From NCBI GenBank assembly GCA_051652765.1, contig JBOFUV010000022.1, positions 1 through 64,000 of the forward strand: a stretch of DNA of 64,000 nucleotides, given 5' to 3'. This document shows positions 44,806-53,375 of the stretch, piece by piece; position 1 is the stretch's first letter; each line of letters opens with the position of its first letter. The translations under genes were made by a program, and so were the position numbers. Source of the DNA: Microcoleaceae cyanobacterium. Lineage in GTDB: Bacteria; Cyanobacteriota; Cyanobacteriia; Cyanobacteriales; Microcoleaceae. The notes below the pieces were generated by a model, which saw only the letters and a list, made by a program, of their open reading frames with translations, ran no database searches and was not told the origin of the DNA.

Positions 44806-45110
44806 TTTAAGAAACCTCTGTAAACTTCTCTGTAATGTTCCTGTAAACTCCAAGAGCCAATTGCTACACAGTTCAGTAGTGCTAGAAAATGTGTACTAGG
44901 CTAAATTGCGATTTATCAGTACTCAGAACCCTGGCTATCAATCACTGATGCTAAACCCGGATAGAGCCATCTCAGATGACTTGTGAATCTTTGTAGTACA
45001 GCTTCCAGCCTGTTCAGTCAAGAAGCTCAACCTGTATTCACAATTCAAATAGGACGCTACAAATCCAGAAAACTAATTAAATCAATCAATACCAATGAAC
45101 TCCTAAAAGT

Positions 45111-46148
45111 TCACAGTGTTGTAACACGACTGAAAGCTCCAGAACCTATTGATTGCTGAAGCCAATGTCGAACTAAACCGACAGCAAAAGCTAGACCACT
45201 ATAGAAGTAATAAAGCCAGTGCCAGGGAATTGTTCTAGCCATGAATAATAGTCCTCGCTTTTCATAGAAAAATTGATAGACAGGCGCATTTAAAGTGAGC
45301 AATACAATTCCCAATATCGAAGCAACAACTAGATTTTGAGGGACTAGAATTGCCAGAATTAAAGCACCTATTGCTGCATAGACTAGAACAACACTGAGAC
45401 GACTGGAATACTGTAAATTCAAGTCATTACTAAACTGGCGATCGCGCAATAATAAAGCAGTCCAGGGCAGGGCTCGATAGAAAAAATCAGCCCTGAGCAT
45501 AGAGATCGGTCGCCATTCCTTCAGGTGCTTGACCTGAATATCTTTTCGTAGATCAATTCTGTAACCTGCTCGCTTGATCCGATAACCCAACTCAATATCT
45601 TCAATGCAGGGAAGACGATATTTCTCATCAAATCCACCAACAGCCAGGAAGGTTGCTCGACGAATTGCGCCACAAGCTCCCCAAAACGTTGAAGCTTGCT
45701 GACTACTGATCTGATGGGTATAATGATGCAGCAAATTGCGGTACTGGGATAGAAAATTATTGGCACCAGGCTGATCATCGTAGGAACCAATCAGAGCGTT
45801 GAGCTCAGAGTCTTCCGCAAAAGCAGCAGCAACCTGATCGATCGTGTTAGAATGCACTTCCACATCAGCATCGATGAAAAGAACAATATCTCCCTTGGCA
45901 GCCTTAGCACCCAAGTTACGGGCTCTGGCTGGGCCTCCGGATTCCGCAAGACAGATCACCCTTGCACCAAATTGTCTGGCCGCGTCACGAGATCCATCTG
46001 TATCCCCATCTGCAACAACAATGACCTCCAGCGGCATGAGCGCAGATCTGGTCAAACTTTGTAAACAGCGATTAAACTTGCTACCACCGTTATAAACTGG
46101 GATGACGACTGAAAGCGTAAGACCAGACCATTGAAAGGAATTATTCAT
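45111..46148 (-). CDS. Glycosyltransferase family 2
   Basis: SVVIPVYN, FIDAD, GGFDE, IEDIELG; C-terminal TMs. Confidence 0.92.
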   Translation of the reverse strand: MNNSFQWSGLTLSVVIPVYNGGSKFNRCLQSLTRSALMPLEVIVVADGDTDGSRDAARQFGARVICLAESGGPARARNLGAKAAKGDIVLFIDADVEVHSNTIDQVAAAFAEDSELNALIGSYDDQPGANNFLSQYRNLLHHYTHQISSQQASTFWGACGAIRRATFLAVGGFDEKYRLPCIEDIELGYRIKRAGYRIDLRKDIQVKHLKEWRPISMLRADFFYRALPWTALLLRDRQFSNDLNLQYSSRLSVVLVYAAIGALILAILVPQNLVVASILGIVLLTLNAPVYQFFYEKRGLLFMARTIPWHWLYYFYSGLAFAVGLVRHWLQQSIGSGAFSRVTTL

Positions 46149-46716
46149 GTCTTTTAGCTATATTTCACGACTGACAAACTCCTAGATGCCCCTGATTAAT
46201 CAGACCATTGATCTATAAAACTAGCAGTGCAACCTTCAAATCCAAATCTGCCCCGAGAAAATCAGAACTGACAGCTAAGCCCTACTTTAGTATGGTGTAA
46301 GTTCGTGAAGAAAACATGAGGCTTTTATGAAGAAAAGTAAAGTTTTCTAGATTTTTCTTACCCAGTTGCAGGACTGTGTTGTCGCAGTTCTTGTTTCCTG
46401 TAACCTTCTGTCAAAGCTACACAAAGCTATGCCAATCATAAGTATTGATGTAGCTAAAAACTAAAATCTTTGATTATTTGTGTAGCTTCGCGCCAAATCC
46501 TTAATAAAAAGAATCTGTGTAACACTTGATACCCTTAAGACAATTGTATTCAAAAAACTTGATGTCAGCCCACAATTTTATAAAGCTCTTGTAAAGAACA
46601 GAAGCAAAAGTGTGAAGCTTTTGTAAAAGTGCTTTTTTCATCTTCACGGTTTATTTGTCTCTGGTCATTGGTGGTGTGCCCTGCTAACTTCCTGAGTACT
46701 CACTGTAGTTTGATTC

Positions 46717-47060
46717 GGCGTTGCTGAAAGAGTAATGCTTGGTTTGGTATTACATATAGTGGGATGAAATGTCCTTAATGTGATTCAACTCAAACAAGCA
46801 AAAACAGACACCGTCTTGACAGACAAGGCTTACAAGTGTAAGCAGTGTGGTCGTCAATTCCTCAAATCTTACAGACCTTGGCACTACTCGCAGGAAGTCA
46901 AGCAACCGTGTATCAAAATGTATCTCAACGGTATGGGACTGCGAGGCATCGAACGAGTCATCAAGATTGGATTCGAGCAACCAGACATCAAATAGAGGAT
47001 GCCCCAGAGGTAGAAGAGATTCCAGAACTCACTGACCTCGATGAACTACAAAATTATCTT
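46717..47060 (+). mobile_element. IS1-family transposase remnant
   Basis: YKCKQCGRQF zinc ribbon, YSQEVKQPCIKMYLNGMGLRGIERV HTH, then a frameshifted EIPELTDLDELQ; GGCGTTGCTGAA end at 46717. Confidence 0.85.
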
Positions 47061-47097
47061 GAAGCAGGCGATCTATTAGATGAATTCTTAGATCATT

Positions 47098-47153
47098 TTC
47101 TAAGTGTTAAGTTCTAAGTGTTAAGTTCTAAGTGTTAAGTTCTAAGTGTTAAG
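47098..47153. repeat. Tandem repeat, 4 x TTCTAAGTGTTAAG
   Basis: Four exact 14-mers. Confidence 0.95.
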
Positions 47154-47220
47154 TGTGAGCAAGCGATCGCCGAATTAGACCCTGGAAAAGTAGCTGTTCA
47201 AGGTTGGGTGAAATGCGAAT

Positions 47221-47286
47221 GCGGGTTTAGTATGAGATCAATGCGGGTTTGGTATGAGATCAACGCGGGTTTGGTATGAGATCAAC
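47221..47286. repeat. Tandem repeat, 3 x 22 bp GCGGGTTT(A/G)GTATGAGATCAA(T/C)
   Basis: Units at 47221, 47243 and 47265; related reverse-strand copy at 13258-13289. Confidence 0.9.
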
Positions 47287-47486
47287 GGGCAAATGCTCTG
47301 CCATCAACTTGATCTGAGTGTGAGATCAATGGGGATTCGATGAACGATCAATCTGAACTTAAACGTAACCCACTATGGATCTATTCAATGATTGATCTAG
47401 AAATAGCTTCTTCCATCATAGTGCTTGAGTCGAATCACATCGAGCACCTGATCCAACAGCTTTTTGGGGCGTTGTTCCATTGCGGA

Positions 47487-47716
47487 ATAGACGGAAAGTT
47501 TCAGTCTAAAATTTATAAATCGATGCTAAGCCGAAAAAACCTGAATAACCTGAGGAAATATACGGAAAATTTCCATCTAATCCACTATTTTGGACTGGTT
47601 AGACTGCAAGTTTCAGCCTAATCTGCTTTAAAGTGCGCGTTAGACTGAAAAAGTCAGACTAACGTACTCAAATAGTGCGGTTAGACTGAAAATTTCAACC
47701 TAATAACTAGTTATGC
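47487..47716. repeat. Array of 23-bp imperfect palindromes (TTAGACTGAAAnTTTCAGnCTAA consensus) at 41-bp period, ending 6 nt before a GTTATGC cassette junction
   Basis: Units at 47558, 47599, 47640 and 47681, plus one at 47487. Confidence 0.85.
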
Positions 47717-47914
47717 CGCAAGTCCTCGGTGGGGACGTAATCTAGAGACAATGGGTGAGATGAGATCGCTCAACCCGCCCTAGAGGATTATCGGCATTAC
47801 TTGCTATATTTGTTGCTCTGGGATAGCAATATGTAAGTCAGAATCAAGAATAAGTGGCAATATTAGGAACTAGCCCTCAATGTGCCCAAGCTTCATGATT
47901 CTAGGAGTCGCGAT

Positions 47915-49645
47915 ATGTCTAGATTGCTGGTGACACAGTACCAGGCGGAGGTTGAAAAGATCATTCGCTATGGCGGTTCCAAGAAGGAAACCAGCATTCG
48001 CAATGCCTTTGAGCGATTGTTGAATGACTATTGCAAGCCCCGCAACTATCTGCTGATCCCAGAACTGGCCTTTAAGACCAAGTTCAATACGACAGTTGTT
48101 CCCGATGGCACGGTGAAGGATGCCATTCGTCTGGAGCATGGCTGGTGGGAAAGTAAAGACCCATACGACAAGCTTGATGTAGAAATCGAGAAGAAGCTAG
48201 AGAAGGGCTATCCCGATGAAAATATCCTGTTTGAAGACTCCCAAGCAGCGGTACTAATTCAGCACAGTCGAGAGCAGTTGCGCGTTTCTATGCGGGATGC
48301 GGCAGCGCTAGATGGGCTAATCAGCACGTTTGTAGACTACGAACGACCCGAAGTGCGCGACTTTCGGGCGGCGATCGTCAAGTTTAAGGAAGATGTCCCG
48401 CATATTTTGGAAGCCTTGCGGAGCATTATTGCTCAGCAGGAGGAGAGTAATTCCCAATTTAGAGAACGCCGCAACACCTTCCTAGAGGTGTGTCGCCAGT
48501 CGATTAACCCGGAAATTGAGATCTTCGATATCCATGAAATGTTGATTCAACATATTCTCACGGAGGATATTTTCACCAATATTTTCCATGAGTCGCAGTT
48601 TCACCGGGAAAACAACATTGCGCGCGAACTGTCGGAGATAATCAACACCTTTTTCACCGGAGCGACCCGCAAAAACACGCTCAAAAGCATCGAACACTAT
48701 TATGCGGTGATTCGTCGCCATTCGGAAAACATTGTCAACCACCACGAAAAGCAGAAGTTTCTTAAGGCGATCTACGAGAATTTTTACAAAGCCTATAACC
48801 CTAAGGCGGCGGATCGGTTGGGGATTGTCTATACGCCCAATGAAATCGTCCGCTTCATGATTGAAAGTGCGGATTATTTGACCCATAAGCACTTTGGCAA
48901 GTTGTTGAGCGATCGCGGAGTGGAGATTCTTGACCCTTGCACGGGGACAGGCACCTATGTGACGGAACTGATTGAATATTTGCCAGCGGATAAGCTAGAG
49001 CATAAATATAAGCACGAAATTCACTGCAATGAAGTGGCGATTTTGCCCTATTACATTGCTAATTTGAATATTGAGTTTACCTATCAGCAAAAGATGGGTA
49101 AGTACGAAGAATTTAAAAATATTTGTTTAGTGGATACATTGGATCACTGCACCTCTGAAGGACATCAATTTGATCTATTTGCCATGAGTGTGCAAAATAC
49201 GGCACGGATTCAGCAGCAAAATGAAAAGACCATCTCGGTCATCATTGGCAATCCACCCTATAACGCCCACCAGGAAAACTTCAACCAGCGCAACGCCAAT
49301 CGCCTTTACAAAGGGATTGATAAAGCCATTAAGGAAACCTACATTAAAGAGGGAACGGCTCAAAATCAGATCGTTGTTTACGATATGTACACCCGCTTCT
49401 TTCGTTGGGCATCAGACAGGCTCGGTCAAAATGGCATTATTGCCTTTATTACCAATCGATCGTTTATTGATGCTAAAGCATTTGATGGCTTTCGTAAGTG
49501 TATTGAAAGAGAATTTGATTATGCATACATTGTCGATATTGGCGGGGATATTCGTTCTGGAGACACCAGTGGTAATGTTTTCGATATTAAACTAGGGGTT
49601 GCGGTGATGTTTTTAGTAAGAATAAAAAAGGAGAAAAGAGTATGA
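47915..49645 (+). CDS. Restriction-modification enzyme, N-terminal part: PD-(D/E)xK nuclease-like domain + N6-adenine methyltransferase (Type IIG/IIL, Type ISP-related, no helicase)
   Basis: VPDGTVK...WWESKD; GIVYTP; ILDPCTGTG; IGNPPY; AGGAG before ATG 47915. Confidence 0.85.
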   Translation: MSRLLVTQYQAEVEKIIRYGGSKKETSIRNAFERLLNDYCKPRNYLLIPELAFKTKFNTTVVPDGTVKDAIRLEHGWWESKDPYDKLDVEIEKKLEKGYPDENILFEDSQAAVLIQHSREQLRVSMRDAAALDGLISTFVDYERPEVRDFRAAIVKFKEDVPHILEALRSIIAQQEESNSQFRERRNTFLEVCRQSINPEIEIFDIHEMLIQHILTEDIFTNIFHESQFHRENNIARELSEIINTFFTGATRKNTLKSIEHYYAVIRRHSENIVNHHEKQKFLKAIYENFYKAYNPKAADRLGIVYTPNEIVRFMIESADYLTHKHFGKLLSDRGVEILDPCTGTGTYVTELIEYLPADKLEHKYKHEIHCNEVAILPYYIANLNIEFTYQQKMGKYEEFKNICLVDTLDHCTSEGHQFDLFAMSVQNTARIQQQNEKTISVIIGNPPYNAHQENFNQRNANRLYKGIDKAIKETYIKEGTAQNQIVVYDMYTRFFRWASDRLGQNGIIAFITNRSFIDAKAFDGFRKCIEREFDYAYIVDIGGDIRSGDTSGNVFDIKLGVAVMFLVRIKKEKRV

Positions 49646-49968
49646 TACAACCAACCATTCTAGAAAAGCTGGAAAAGCTACCTGAATCACTCCAAACAGA
49701 AGTACTCCATTACATTGAATTTCTGCTGGAGAAACAGACAACACGACCTATCCAAGAAGAAACGCCAAAGAAACGCCGTTTGGCTGGTTCTATGAAAGGC
49801 ACTTTCGTTTTACCATTACCAGAGGGTTTCGGTGCATCTTTGGAACTAACGAACCCTGCCGATCAAGCTGCTGACGAAAAAAAGTATGGCTATGGGAGCT
49901 TAGCTGGGAAAATTGTGATGTCTGATGATTTTGACGACCCTTTAGAAGACTTGAAGGATTATATGTAG
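49642..49968 (+). CDS. DUF2281-like antitoxin
   Basis: LEKLPESLQTEVLHYIEFL...GKIVMSDDFDDPLEDLKDYM. Confidence 0.85.
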   Translation: MIQPTILEKLEKLPESLQTEVLHYIEFLLEKQTTRPIQEETPKKRRLAGSMKGTFVLPLPEGFGASLELTNPADQAADEKKYGYGSLAGKIVMSDDFDDPLEDLKDYM

Positions 49969-49969
49969 T

Positions 49970-50359
49970 ATGACAGTCCTTTTAGACACTCATGTCGTGC
50001 TTTGGTATATGACAAAGAATCCTAGATTAAGTCTGAAAGCTAGAGAAATAATTGAAGCGAAATCTGGATTAATTTTCAGCATGGCTAGCCTATGGGAAAT
50101 CACCATTAAGCTCAATATTGGAAAGCTTCAGATTGATTGCTCTTTCGATGATTTAGTAGATCGAGTAGCTGTCATGAGGGCTGAGATTTTGCCAATTGAT
50201 ATTGAAGACACCCGAACTTATCTTGGTTTACCTTTGCTGTCTGATCACCGTGATCCCTTTGACCGAATTTTAGTGGCTCAAGCAATGAATTATTCGCTAG
50301 ATATTGTGAGCGGAGATAACAAGTTTGATCTGTATCCAATTCAGCGTGTGTGGTCATGA
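49970..50359 (+). CDS. PIN-domain (VapC-family) toxin
   Basis: LLDTH, SLWEITIK, HRDPFDRILVAQA, SGD. Confidence 0.92.
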   Translation: MTVLLDTHVVLWYMTKNPRLSLKAREIIEAKSGLIFSMASLWEITIKLNIGKLQIDCSFDDLVDRVAVMRAEILPIDIEDTRTYLGLPLLSDHRDPFDRILVAQAMNYSLDIVSGDNKFDLYPIQRVWS

Positions 50360-51693
50360 GCAAAGCGAAGATCTTTTACTTTACGTTGCAGGATAAGCAG
50401 ACGAAGGAAGAAAAGCTCGACTGGTTTGAACGGACGCGGTTTGAGCAAATTCCGTTTGATCACATTACGCCCGATCAGAAGGCGAATTGGATTAATTTAA
50501 CCGATAACGATTTTGATATTCTTTTGCCGTTAATTGATAAAAGTGTAAAAGATGGTAGTTCAGAAGAAGCCATTTTTGTTCTCTTTTCAAGAGGAATTGA
50601 GACTACTAGAGATGAATGGGTTTATGACTTTAATCAATTAAACCTTGAGACAAAAATAAAATTCTTCATTGAGAAATATAATCTATGCATAAAGGAGGGT
50701 GAGTATAACTCAGAGATTAAATGGAGTTCATCACTAGATGAGCATCTGAAGAATAAACTCAAATTAAGTTTTCGAGCGAATAAGCTGATTACTATTGCAT
50801 ATAGACCTTATACTAAACAGCACTACTATGCTGATAAATTGTTGAGTCATAGATTAACGCAAAATCATTATGAAATTTTAGGGAAAGAGCTAAATGGTGA
50901 GAACCTTGTAATTTGGTTTAAGGTTGGTAGTGCTTGGGACTTTTTTGCTCTTAGTGTTAATTCTCTAAGTGATCTTTTGCCTCAAAGCGGGTCTCAATGT
51001 CTTCCCCTCTGCCGCTACGACGAAAACGGAAACCGCATCGACAACATCACAGACTGGGGCTTAACGCAATTCCAGACCCACTACAGCGACCCCACCATCA
51101 CTAAAGAAGCCATTTTCCACTACACCTACGCCGTTCTCCACCATCCCGCCTACCGCACCAAATACGAACTCAACCTCAAACGCGAATTTCCTCGCCTGCC
51201 CTTCTATGCCGACTTCCACCAATGGACAACCTGGGGCAAAGCCTTAATGGACTTGCACCTGAATTATGAAACCGTCGAACTCTATGGATTACGACGGGTC
51301 GATGTGGGACGCAAACAAGCAACCAGTGACTCGCCAATACAAGGAACATTGATCCTCACCGACCCACGTGATTCAGCCAAACCCACTAAACGCACCACAC
51401 CCAAAGCCAAACTCAAAGCCGACAAAACCGAAGGCAAAATCATCCTTGATACCGAAACCACCCTGGAAGGAGTCCCCGCCGTTGCCTGGGACTACAAACT
51501 CGGCAACCGCTCTGCCTTGGAATGGATACTTGACCAATACAAAGAAAAGACACCCAAAGATCCCACGATCGCCAAACTCTTCAACACTTACAAGTTTGCC
51601 GATTACAAAGAACACGTCATCGATTTGCTGCAACGGGTTTGCACCGTCAGCGTCAAAACAATGGAAATTATTCAACAGATGCCAACAGAGTGA
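50356..51693 (+). CDS. Restriction-modification enzyme, C-terminal specificity part (Type ISP/LlaBIII-like C-terminal domain)
   Basis: GIETTRDEWVY, YRPY, DNITDWGL, IFHYTYAVLH, REFPRLP, WDYKLGNRSALEWILDQY. Confidence 0.85.
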   Translation: MSKAKIFYFTLQDKQTKEEKLDWFERTRFEQIPFDHITPDQKANWINLTDNDFDILLPLIDKSVKDGSSEEAIFVLFSRGIETTRDEWVYDFNQLNLETKIKFFIEKYNLCIKEGEYNSEIKWSSSLDEHLKNKLKLSFRANKLITIAYRPYTKQHYYADKLLSHRLTQNHYEILGKELNGENLVIWFKVGSAWDFFALSVNSLSDLLPQSGSQCLPLCRYDENGNRIDNITDWGLTQFQTHYSDPTITKEAIFHYTYAVLHHPAYRTKYELNLKREFPRLPFYADFHQWTTWGKALMDLHLNYETVELYGLRRVDVGRKQATSDSPIQGTLILTDPRDSAKPTKRTTPKAKLKADKTEGKIILDTETTLEGVPAVAWDYKLGNRSALEWILDQYKEKTPKDPTIAKLFNTYKFADYKEHVIDLLQRVCTVSVKTMEIIQQMPTE

Positions 51694-51753
51694 GGAAGCA
51701 ACCATTGAATTGATAAATCAACCACTTGAAACATTAGGAACTGAACCCCCACC

Positions 51754-52332
51754 ATGACACAGGCACTTGAACAGCGAATCTACACCCCCGATGAGTACCT
51801 TGAACTTGAACTTGCATCTGAAACCCGAAGTGAATACCGCAATGGAGTTATTATTTCTATGACCGGGGGCACGCCTGACCATAATGAATTAGCAATTAAT
51901 CTTGCATCCCTCCTCAAATCTGCTTTGCGAGGCAAAGCCTATAGGATTTTCGGAGCCGATCAACGGCTTTGGATTCCTAATCGCAATCTTTACACCTATC
52001 CCGATGTTATGATTGTCGAAAAACTGCTACAGCTTCAAACAGGGTGTACCGACACCGTGACAAATCCCTGCTTTATTGCTGAAGTGCTATCCAAATCAAC
52101 CCAAGATTATGATCATGGCGAAAAGTTTTCTGCTTACCGTACTATTGACAGCTTTCGCGAATATCTGCTCATCGATCAGTACAGTATCCATATAGAACAC
52201 TATGTGAAAACGGCTGCTAATCAATGGCTGCTATCAGAATACGATGATCCGAATGTCACATTGTCCTTGAGTGCATTTGAAGCTCAAATCGAAATCACTG
52301 CTCTCTATGAAAACATTGACATTGATGCTTGA
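51754..52332 (+). CDS. Uma2-family endonuclease
   Basis: RSEYRNG, YTYPDV, AEVLSKST, DHGEKF, EYLLIDQ. Confidence 0.9.
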   Translation: MTQALEQRIYTPDEYLELELASETRSEYRNGVIISMTGGTPDHNELAINLASLLKSALRGKAYRIFGADQRLWIPNRNLYTYPDVMIVEKLLQLQTGCTDTVTNPCFIAEVLSKSTQDYDHGEKFSAYRTIDSFREYLLIDQYSIHIEHYVKTAANQWLLSEYDDPNVTLSLSAFEAQIEITALYENIDIDA

Positions 52333-52357
52333 TAAAACAGTGAGGGCGATCGCAGCG

Positions 52358-52462
52358 GCATAACAAGTCGTTGTAACGGAATTTTGAGAGCGGATTTGAG
52401 ATTGTGGGTGGGTTTCAAAAATTATCGCCGCTCTCAAAATCCGCTGAAATTGGTCGTTATCT
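52358..52462 (+). other. attC-like integron cassette recombination site 1
   Basis: R'' GCATAAC ... R' GTTATCT; stem CGGAATTTTGAGAGCGG / CCGCTCTCAAAATCCG with one unpaired extra base; 105 bp. Confidence 0.8.
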
Positions 52463-52586
52463 TGCCAGCGCACCACAGTTCCCTGTGGAGTTGAACCGAA
52501 GGGCGACTGACTATGTTGAGAGAGGGTTTGCATCATCTGCGCTGGTCGTTTTGCTGAGTTAAGAAACAGTCAGCTCGCCCAAGTCA

Positions 52587-52673
52587 AGCTAACCAATCAC
52601 TGCACTCGACCCGCAATAGTATTATTGGATTAATTCTGAAGCTGTTGGCGGCGGGTGAGTTCAACCGTTGGGC
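52587..52673 (+). other. attC-like site 2
   Basis: AGCTAAC-CAATCACTGCACTCGACCCGC ... GCGGGTGAGTTCAACC-GTTGGGC; 87 bp. Confidence 0.8.
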
Positions 52674-52717
52674 TGCTTTCTTGTTTTAATGACATTCATA
52701 TTAGATGGTGAACAATT

Positions 52718-53113
52718 ATGAGTTCAAGTCAGCAGTTTCTGCAAAATTTATACGAAGCCTTCAACAAAGGCGAGATTGAAACAATCATCTCGGTGATGCA
52801 CCCGGACGTGAAATGGGCGAACGGGGTGGAAGGCGGTTTCGTTTATGGACGCGACGCGGTGCGCGAATACTGGATCAATCAATATAAGGTTATTCAAGTG
52901 CAGCTTGAAACCTTAAAATTCGAGACAGATGAAAACAATCGAAATGTCGTTACCGTTCATCAAATCGTCAGAGATTTGCAAGGCAATTTGCTCGCGGATG
53001 CAACAATTCAGCAAATCTTTACCATTGAGAATAGTTTGATTAGTCTTTATGAAATTGGCGAAACCGAAACAATCCAAGAGATGATTCAAAAGACGAGAAC
53101 TCCCAATGAGTAA
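52718..53113 (+). CDS. SnoaL/NTF2-like protein (cassette gene)
   Basis: LYEAFN...MHPDVKWAN...GRDAVREYW...VHQIVRDLQG. Confidence 0.85.
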   Translation: MSSSQQFLQNLYEAFNKGEIETIISVMHPDVKWANGVEGGFVYGRDAVREYWINQYKVIQVQLETLKFETDENNRNVVTVHQIVRDLQGNLLADATIQQIFTIENSLISLYEIGETETIQEMIQKTRTPNE

Positions 53114-53115
53114 TT

Positions 53116-53220
53116 GGGAAGGCAGTTACAATTCGAGCCGTTGCTTTTACCGATCGCAATGAAGAGGGGTTAGTAACTTCGGTCAGATTCTATACAGACA
53201 CTTCACCGCTATTTGCATAA
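53116..53220 (+). pseudogene. C-terminal fragment of a second SnoaL-like gene
   Basis: GKAVTIRAVAFTDRNEEGLVTSVRFYTDTSPLFA*, no start, stop just before attC 3. Confidence 0.5.
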
Positions 53221-53225
53221 TCGCA

Positions 53226-53313
53226 GCCCAACAATCCGCTTGCACTCGACCGTTTAGAACCTTTTCGTTGAATCCGAGAGGGTACTGGCGGCGGGTGAGT
53301 TCAACCGTTGGGC
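53226..53313 (+). other. attC-like site 3
   Basis: GCCCAAC ... GTTGGGC; 3' ~30 bp identical to site 2; GCAGCCCAAC complements the cassette start GTTGGGCTGC at 52667. Confidence 0.85.
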
Positions 53314-53375
53314 TGCTTCATATCTCGGTAGAGACAGTGGCGAGAGATAGACTGTTAGTATTTCCAAGTGAGTAG

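Noticed and set aside
46519..46532. NtcA box GTA-N8-TAC (GTAACACTTGATAC)
   Set aside because: Matches the consensus, but no properly spaced -10 element was seen on either side, so it may be chance.
47221..47286. CRISPR array or iterons
   Set aside because: Contiguous tandem units with no spacers; no rep gene nearby.
47340..47621. 93-aa ORF
   Set aside because: Runs through the non-triplet palindrome array and has no recognisable motif.
47487..47703. CRISPR array
   Set aside because: Spacers are only 18 bp and resemble each other, the repeats are divergent, and there are no cas genes; reported as an att-like array instead.
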